NCBI GenBank assembly: GCA_002104945.1
Contig: MCFH01000012.1
Coordinates: 310,001-374,000 of the forward strand
Direction of reading: 5' to 3'
DNA from: Piromyces finnis finn
Taxonomy: Eukaryota; Fungi; Neocallimastigomycota
DNA length: 64,000 bases
Shown: positions 56,663 to 64,000 of the stretch, in pieces
How positions within the stretch are numbered: the stretch's first letter is position 1
Layout of the letters: every line of letters starts with the position of its first letter
Notes under the pieces: generated by a model
Told to the model about the DNA's origin: nothing
The model's input: only the letters and a program-made list of their open reading frames with translations
The model's database searches: none
Made by a program: the position numbers and the translations under genes

Positions 56663-58213
56663 GGCAGATATATCCTTGCAAGGGGATAAGCCATTACCAT
56701 TAGTTAGAAAACGAGTAACTTTATTATAGAAAGAATCATTAGAAAGTTCTTTTTTAATATCTTCGGCAAGAGAGGAGTTACAAGAGTCGTAAGTAGAAGA
56801 AATTTTTAAACAAGAAAAACCATAATCACTGTCAGGACTGTTAGTATTGTTTTGACTTTCGATCATGTCAGGACGACGAGAAAGAAGATCAGGTTTACCA
56901 GATTTTTTGCCTGGACGATAGATAAGGTTAAAATTAAATCTTGACAAAAATATATTCCATCGAATTTGTCGTTGAGAAAGCATTTCAGGTTTTCTAGGAA
57001 AAGTGAGGTTCTTGTGATCGGTAAAAATAGTGAATGGGTGGCGGGCACCTTCAAGGTAATGACGCCATTCCTCAAGTACAATCTTAATAGCTAAGAGTTC
57101 CTTATCATAAATAGGATAATTCTTTTGAGCTCCGGTAAGGCTTTTAGAGAGGAACGCAATAGGATGAAGTTTACCATCAAATTCTTGAGAAAGCATTACA
57201 CCGATAGCAAAGTTACTAGCATCGGTTTCAACTATGAATGGTTTAGTGTCGTCTGCGTGCCCTAATATGGGAGCCGAAGTAAAAATCCTTTTTAATGTAT
57301 CAAATTCCAATTGTTCGTCCTTTCCCCAGTTGAAGGTAACACTTTTCCTTGTAAGTTTGTGGATGGGATTGGCAATCTTCGCAAAATCTTTAATAAAAAT
57401 CCTGTAATAATTGCAAAGACCAACAAATGATTGAATCTCTTTGACATTCGAAGAGACTGGCCAATTTAAAATAGCTTTAACCTTATTTTCATCCATCATT
57501 AGGCCATCTTTGGAGATAACGTAACCTAAAAAGGTAGTATGGTCAACGTTAAATTCACATTTTTCTAATTTGACATATAAATTATTATCGATCAGTTTTC
57601 TTAAAACCTTTTTAACATGATCGTGATGATCCTTAATATTTTCCGAGTAAACAAGAATGTCGTCAATATAAGAAATTACAAAGTCATCTAAGTAATCACT
57701 AAGAACATCGTTGATGAAGTGTTGGAAAGTGGCTGGAGCATTTTTTAAACCGAAAGACATAACCAAATACTCAAAATAACCATAACGAGTCCTGAAAGCG
57801 GCTTTATACTCGTCGCCAGCTTTAATTCTAACTAGATTATAAGCTGATTTTAGATCAAGTTTAGTGAATACTTTGGCTGACTTAATCCGATCTAGTAAGT
57901 CACTAATAAGAGGAAGTGGATAAGAGTTTCTAACAGTAATTTCATTTAATTTTCTATAATCTACACATAATCTTAAATCTCCATCTTTCTTTTTAACAAA
58001 CAAGATGGGAGAACCGGCTGGAGATGTGGATTTCCTAATGAAACCCTTATCTAAGTTTTCTTTGAGATATTTCTTTAATTCATCACGTTCCACCTCCGTT
58101 AAAGGATATAAAGGACCATAAAATAAATTTGAATTATCTTTCAACTTTATCTCACAGTCGTATTCTCTATGTGGTAGTAACTTTTCGCAGTTCTTTTCAT
58201 TAAATACTTCTTT
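56663..58213 (-). pseudogene. pol: RT/RNase H part of old A-like element H2, 5'-truncated
   Basis: KEVFNEKNCEKLLPHREYDC...YIDD...[10 protein letters not shown]...SPCKDISA; continues at 32739. Confidence 0.92.
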
Positions 58214-58917
58214 TCATTATATAATATTAATATATAATATATTAATATTATATATTAATATTTATTCATTTATATATTCATTATTAAATGTAGAGTTAAA
58301 TTTTATTGTAGTATTAATATGTATTACATTACTTTTTTCTTTTATAGTAATATTTCATTTAAATATGTTGTAAAATATATTATAGTATGATATAACTCGG
58401 TTCTAATTTCCTTTTAGGAGAAAACTTTTTGTAATAATATTTTTTAATTAATTTTATTAAATATGAATATGACAAAAAGCAAAGAATTAATTTCATGAAA
58501 TAATAATACATTTATATATCTTTTAATAATTATAAACTATGTTTTGTTTGTTTAATTAATAAATATATAATAACTAGTATAAAAAGTATAAAAAATATTT
58601 ATTAAAGTATAATAAAAATATAATAAAATATAAATATAAAATATAAAAGATTATATAAATAAAATAAAATAAATAAAAGAAATTATTTACATAACATAAA
58701 ATCATAACATAATTTTATGTTTTTATTATTTAAATTAATAAAATAAATTTATGTTATCACTTAAATTTATTTTATCTTGTGAATTTATTTACGCCTCAAT
58801 TAATTTTAGTCACGTTATTACATGACTACTTAATTATTAATAAAATATTTTTATTAATAATTAGAGTTTTATATAATATTTCATATCACTATTTAATTAT
58901 TATTTATATATTATAAT
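58214..58917. repeat. Fragment of the 1813-2375 LTR family with a further TGATAT...ATATCA insert (58388-58888)
   Basis: About 58300-58385 aligns with about 2030-2112, and 58889-58917 with about 2115-2145. The insert has G-like termini but no recoverable TSD. Confidence 0.5.
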
Positions 58918-59222
58918 TGTTAGAAATATTGAAAAACAAAGAAATATTTTTTTTAATATATATAATGAATTTAAATTAAATTAAGATCGTTGTTAAAATA
59001 TATTAAAGTATATTTTTTTACATCTCATTGTATTATTTTGACATGTATTATTAACAAGCCACAATTAGTATAAATATGATTGTAATTTTCCATTTTTGTA
59101 ATACTTTGTAATTACCAAAATATAAAATATATTTTATTATTAAATAAAGTTTATTATTAAAAACATATTATAAAACGTTTTGTAATTAATAGATTAAGAG
59201 TCTCAGACTGACAAAAAACAAA

Positions 59223-61685
59223 ATGAATGCTGCTAATTATTTTTACTCAGATGAACGTCTTGACAAATCCAATTTTGACTGCTGGTATCCAACTGTTGAA
59301 TCTGTTTTAAAATCAAAAGGACTTCTAAAATACATTGAAAATGACATCATTTCAGACGCTCAAAATAAAGTCAAAGCTGGAGCTATGCGAAGCGAGGAAT
59401 TAGAAAAACTGGAAGAGGAAGATTCTAAAGTTAAAGTATTTCTCTTGATGAGTACTACCTTAGAAGTAAAAGGGAAAATCAGAAAAGAAAGAACATCTTA
59501 TGAAATTATAACAAAAATCAAAGAATTATATGACCCCAAGAGAAAAAAAGATGTCACTCAATATCTTCGTGAGTTAAATACATTAAATGCAAAAAGTCTG
59601 GATGTAAGTCTTGATATAATTGACAAGATAATTGAAATCTTTAATATACTTGACGAAAAGAATTATAAGTTGGGTAATTTGGAAAAAACGAAGTATATAT
59701 ATGCCGCATTGCCTATTGAAGTTCAATCAAGATTAACCCTAGACCCAGATATTGAACCAAATAAGTTTATTGAAGAAGCCAAGAAAATCGTTAATGTTTT
59801 ACAATATTATTTAGGAAAAACATCAAAAAATGAAAATAAACCTAAGAATATCGAAGATTTAATGGATATTGATTATGTAACCAAATTTAGACCAACTAAG
59901 CCACTCGATAATAAAATTAAAAGAGAAGAAAATTATTGCTATATATGTGAAATGAAAGGACATAGTACTAATAAATGTGGATTTAATATAAAAGTACGTG
60001 AAGAAAGAAGAAGAAACAGATCTAAAAATAAAAAACATTATAATAAATGGAACAAAAAAGGAAAACACATTGGAAATGTTGAAAGAACCAATAATCACTT
60101 ACATGAAGATATTGATAATGATAATATTTGCTTTGATGAACTCCAACCATTATTTGAAAAACATGTTGATCATATTGAGGTATGTTCAATAAAAGAAAAA
60201 TACATTGATAAAACAAACAAGACTTCAACTAGCCAAACAGAAAATAATAAATTTTACAAAAATATAAATAGCATAGATAATGCTTGCAACAATGAAGTAT
60301 TGTGGACATATGACACAGGATGTTCAGAACACATAACAAATAACAAAAATATTTTACAAAATTTTCGCCTTGAAAATATACATATGAAATGTGCCAACAA
60401 TACTACATGTGAATTCAAAGGTATTGGTACATTTATTGGTAAAATAAACAACGAAACAATCCGTTTAGATAATGTATACTATTCTGACAAAATTAACAAA
60501 AACCTAATTAGTGGTATCAAACTAACACAAACAGGATATCCATGTGAAATCGATTATATAAATAATAAAACAACATTAATTCTTAAGAAATATAACAATA
60601 ACAAAAAATGTAAACAAGAAATTGGAAGATATATAGCTGACCCTTCCAACATCATTAAGATACCAATAAACGTTTTAAAATCTTCAATTTCTAATGTATC
60701 TACTAATAAAAATGAACTAGACGAATACAGTAATCGTCTTTGGCATAAACGCCTTGGACATTTCTACCAAGACAATCTTACAAATTACTTAAGCCTTCAC
60801 AATATTAAAAAACCAGATTGTCTACAATGTAAAATTTCAAAACTTAAAAGATTACCTCACAAAGGTAAAACACCTGTTGCATCAAGAATCCTTGAAACAA
60901 TACACTCCGATGTGATGGGACCAATGAATCTTATTTCTAGTACAGGTAAAAGATTCATTTTAACTTTTATTGATGAATTTTCTAGAAAATCATGGGTATA
61001 TTTACTAAATAATAAAAAGGAAGTTGCTAAAAATGTTATAGAATTTATTAAATATATTACAAACAAATATGATCTCAAAGTTAAGTACTTTAAGACTGAC
61101 AATGGAAAGGAATACATGAACAAAAAGATTATAAATTTCTGCTCAAGAAATGGTATTAGTAAGATTTACTCGCCACCATATACTCCTGAAATTAATGGAA
61201 AAGCAGAAAGGTTTAACCAAACGTTAGTCAATTGTGCTAAAACTCTTTTAGCTTCTAGTAGATTAGACACAAGATTCTGGGATTATGCTATCAACTATGG
61301 AAATTTCTTATATAATATTAACCCTCATAAAGGTATTGGAAATTCTATCCCTAATGAAGTATTTTTTAACAAGAAAGTTGACCTAAAATATGTAAAAACA
61401 TTTGGATGTATAGCATACTATAAGGATTATTCACAAAACAAAGGAAAATTTGATAACAACTGTAAAGAAGGTATTTTTTTAGGACTTAGTTTTAAACATG
61501 ACTGTTACATTATAATGGATTATCAAGATTATAAATTACACCTTGTCCGTGAAGCCGTATTTGAAGAAGATAAACCATCCAATTTCAATTTATCGAAAAG
61601 AAACCTAGATGATAATTTTAAACTACCCTCAGATGATAGATTTTCAAATGACACTGATGAAAAAAATACAAAATGCAAACAATAA
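59223..61685 (+). CDS. gag-pol: Copia Gag-PR-IN ORF
   Basis: CYICEMKGHSTNKC knuckle, WTYDTGCSEH protease, LWHKRLGH, IHSDVMG...TDNGKEY...AERFN integrase. Confidence 0.93.
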   Translation: MNAANYFYSDERLDKSNFDCWYPTVESVLKSKGLLKYIENDIISDAQNKVKAGAMRSEELEKLEEEDSKVKVFLLMSTTLEVKGKIRKERTSYEIITKIKELYDPKRKKDVTQYLRELNTLNAKSLDVSLDIIDKIIEIFNILDEKNYKLGNLEKTKYIYAALPIEVQSRLTLDPDIEPNKFIEEAKKIVNVLQYYLGKTSKNENKPKNIEDLMDIDYVTKFRPTKPLDNKIKREENYCYICEMKGHSTNKCGFNIKVREERRRNRSKNKKHYNKWNKKGKHIGNVERTNNHLHEDIDNDNICFDELQPLFEKHVDHIEVCSIKEKYIDKTNKTSTSQTENNKFYKNINSIDNACNNEVLWTYDTGCSEHITNNKNILQNFRLENIHMKCANNTTCEFKGIGTFIGKINNETIRLDNVYYSDKINKNLISGIKLTQTGYPCEIDYINNKTTLILKKYNNNKKCKQEIGRYIADPSNIIKIPINVLKSSISNVSTNKNELDEYSNRLWHKRLGHFYQDNLTNYLSLHNIKKPDCLQCKISKLKRLPHKGKTPVASRILETIHSDVMGPMNLISSTGKRFILTFIDEFSRKSWVYLLNNKKEVAKNVIEFIKYITNKYDLKVKYFKTDNGKEYMNKKIINFCSRNGISKIYSPPYTPEINGKAERFNQTLVNCAKTLLASSRLDTRFWDYAINYGNFLYNINPHKGIGNSIPNEVFFNKKVDLKYVKTFGCIAYYKDYSQNKGKFDNNCKEGIFLGLSFKHDCYIIMDYQDYKLHLVREAVFEEDKPSNFNLSKRNLDDNFKLPSDDRFSNDTDEKNTKCKQ

Positions 61686-63822
61686 TCATATTAATTTTAC
61701 AGATATCAATTTTCAAAATACTTATGAAAATTTAGATAATAATGATATTATATCAACTCATAAAAATGACAATAATACTAATGATGAGATAAATGATAGT
61801 ACACACTCTTTCGATGAAGACTCAGAAATTATTAGTATAACAACTGATAATAATATACAAGATAATAGCAATAATACAACTATTAATGAAGTTGCTATTG
61901 AAAACAATAATAGAATCAACAATACAAACACTTGTTCCAAACAAAGTTATACAATGGAAGATGTCATAGAACTTTTAGATAATTTCAAAATTTCACCAGA
62001 AAATGATTATTCTTTTAATCCAAAAAATGCTAATATAGATAAAACAAAATTAAAAAGAAGACACAGTTTTAATGATATATCTTACAACAAAAAGAAGAAA
62101 ATATATCAAGAATATTTTAATTCAATAGTAAAAAGAAAATTAGATGACAACGACTATAAAATAAGTAATAAGAAATATAAAATTAATGAAATAATTAACA
62201 ATTTACATGTTAAAAGACCTGGAAGTAAAATAGATAATAATAATGTTAAACGTGCTACAAACATTAATTATGATAGGGAAATTGCAAATATAAACATGGA
62301 TTCTCCACTAACATTTAATGATGCTATAACAAGCAAATATAAAAATAAATGGATAGAAGCAATTAAAAATGAATTAAAAAATTTATACGATAACAATATT
62401 ATGAATTTAGTTTCAAAATTACCTGAAAATAAAAATCCAATTAAAACAAAATGGGTTTTCACAATAAAACGTGACAGTAATAATGATATTGTAAAATTCA
62501 AAGCAAGATTAGTAGCAAAAGGATATAGTCAAATAAGAGGAATTGACTATGAATTAACATTTTCTCCTACTCTTAGCATCGATAGTATTAAACTTATTAT
62601 TTCATTATCAGCAAAATTTCATTGGAAAATATTTCAACTTGATATTAAAGCTGCTTACCTTAATGCAAAATTAGATAAGGACATATATGTTACAATCCCA
62701 CAAGGAGACAAAAATTATGGAAAAGGATACTGGAAATTAAACAAAGCTTTATATGGCTTAAAACAGTCTGGACGTCAATGGAACGAAACAATTACTTTAT
62801 TTCTTAAAAATAATGGTTTCAAACAACTGATTTCTGAACCATGCATTTTCAAAAGAGAACGAAATGGTATTACAACATGCATTATAGGTATATATGTTGA
62901 TGATATGATCATCACTGGGAAAACGTTTGAAATTGAAAAAACTATTAAACTGATAAAAAACAATTTTAAAATATCAAATTGTGAAAAAATAAATTATTTA
63001 CTTGGAATAAAAATAGAAAATAATGGTTTTAAATATTCAATATCACAAACAAATTATATTGAAAACATTTTATCTAAATATAATATTAAAAATACTCGTA
63101 AAGCAAAAACACCATGCACAGGAGATAATATAAACGAAAATAAAACACCATTCGAAAAAACCACATACAAAAGTGTTTTAGGTTCTTTGATTTATTTATC
63201 AAAATGTAGCCGACCAGATATTGCCTATGCAGTAAATAAAGCAGCCAGAAATGCGGAAAATCCAACAATATCTGATTGGCATAAGGTAATGAATATCTTA
63301 AAATATTTAAATTATACTAAAAATTATAAAATCGAATATTCAGGAACAGGGGAAATTTTAGCTTATTCAGACTCAGACTTAGGAGGTGACCCAAAAGATA
63401 AAAAATCAACATCAGGTCACATAATTTTGATGGGAAATGATCCAATATGTTGGTCCTCAAGAAAACAATCTACAGTAGCTACTTCATCAATGGAGGCTGA
63501 ATATATAAGCACAACGGAATGCTCAAAAAAGGTATTATGGATAAGAAGCATATTACAAGAACTATTCAATTTTAAAAAACCAATAAAAATCTTCACAGAC
63601 AATTTATCAAGTAAAACTTCTATTGAAAATGGACAATTAAACTCAAAATTAAAACATATAAATATAAAATTTTATTTCAATCAAGACCACATTAAAAATA
63701 AAAGAATAATTTTAGAATACATCAATACAGAAGACATGTTGGCTGATGTTCTAACTAAAAATGTTAATGGACCAAAAATGAAGAAATTCTCAAACATAAT
63801 TTTCAAACATGCAGAAAATTAA
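61609..63822 (+). CDS. pol: Copia linker-RT-RNase H ORF (+1 frame relative to the upstream ORF)
   Basis: KTKWVF...KARLVAKGY, KALYGLKQ, YVDD, YSDSD...STSG, FTDN, LADVLTK. Confidence 0.93.
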   Translation: MIILNYPQMIDFQMTLMKKIQNANNNHINFTDINFQNTYENLDNNDIISTHKNDNNTNDEINDSTHSFDEDSEIISITTDNNIQDNSNNTTINEVAIENNNRINNTNTCSKQSYTMEDVIELLDNFKISPENDYSFNPKNANIDKTKLKRRHSFNDISYNKKKKIYQEYFNSIVKRKLDDNDYKISNKKYKINEIINNLHVKRPGSKIDNNNVKRATNINYDREIANINMDSPLTFNDAITSKYKNKWIEAIKNELKNLYDNNIMNLVSKLPENKNPIKTKWVFTIKRDSNNDIVKFKARLVAKGYSQIRGIDYELTFSPTLSIDSIKLIISLSAKFHWKIFQLDIKAAYLNAKLDKDIYVTIPQGDKNYGKGYWKLNKALYGLKQSGRQWNETITLFLKNNGFKQLISEPCIFKRERNGITTCIIGIYVDDMIITGKTFEIEKTIKLIKNNFKISNCEKINYLLGIKIENNGFKYSISQTNYIENILSKYNIKNTRKAKTPCTGDNINENKTPFEKTTYKSVLGSLIYLSKCSRPDIAYAVNKAARNAENPTISDWHKVMNILKYLNYTKNYKIEYSGTGEILAYSDSDLGGDPKDKKSTSGHIILMGNDPICWSSRKQSTVATSSMEAEYISTTECSKKVLWIRSILQELFNFKKPIKIFTDNLSSKTSIENGQLNSKLKHINIKFYFNQDHIKNKRIILEYINTEDMLADVLTKNVNGPKMKKFSNIIFKHAEN

Positions 63823-64000
63823 GTTTGACAGGGGAATGTTAGAAATATTGAAAAACAAAGAAATATTTTTTTTAATATATATAATGAATTTAAATTAAAT
63901 TAAGATCGTTGTTAAAATATATTAAAGTATATTTTTTTACATCTCATTGTATTATTTTGACATGTATTATTAACAAGCCACAATTAGTATAAATATGATT

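Larger units (their letters stand above)
58918..64000 (+). mobile_element. Ty1/Copia element; 5' LTR 58918-59191; 3' LTR from 63837 to beyond the window
   Basis: 63837-64000 repeats 58918 onward; PPT AGGGGAA at 63830-63836; PBS-like GATTAAGAGTCTCA at 59192-59205. Confidence 0.95.

Noticed and set aside
58388-58888. A second targeted stack like the one at 38628
   Set aside because: No matching TSD and no A/B-box cassette nearby; kept only as a low-confidence LTR-like insert.
1-64000. Repeat-induced point mutation as the cause of the high AT content
   Set aside because: Several 4 kb ORFs are intact and repeated LTR copies are near-identical.

Overview
The window is extremely AT-rich eukaryotic DNA (an anaerobic gut fungus, Neocallimastigomycota, is my inference from composition and element types, not proven). 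It appears to be entirely nested LTR retrotransposons; I found no host gene. Family labels below are my own. It holds five near-complete Ty3/Gypsy elements (A1, A2, D, F, G), one near-complete Ty1/Copia running off the right end, several broken older elements that can be re-joined across the insertions, and over a dozen solo or partial LTRs, most with readable target-site duplications (TSDs). The main finding is an ~18 kb stack of at least six insertions (38628-56649) that all landed within 8 bp of one point in the 5' LTR of element D. That point lies 16-23 bp upstream of a tRNA-like A-box/B-box cassette carried by the LTR, which suggests a Pol III 'decoy landing pad'. Three priming modes appear to coexist: Tf1-type self-priming with covarying sequences, 3'-end tRNA-Ala priming, and half-tRNA-Lys priming with TG...TA LTR ends. 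All alignments were done by eye.
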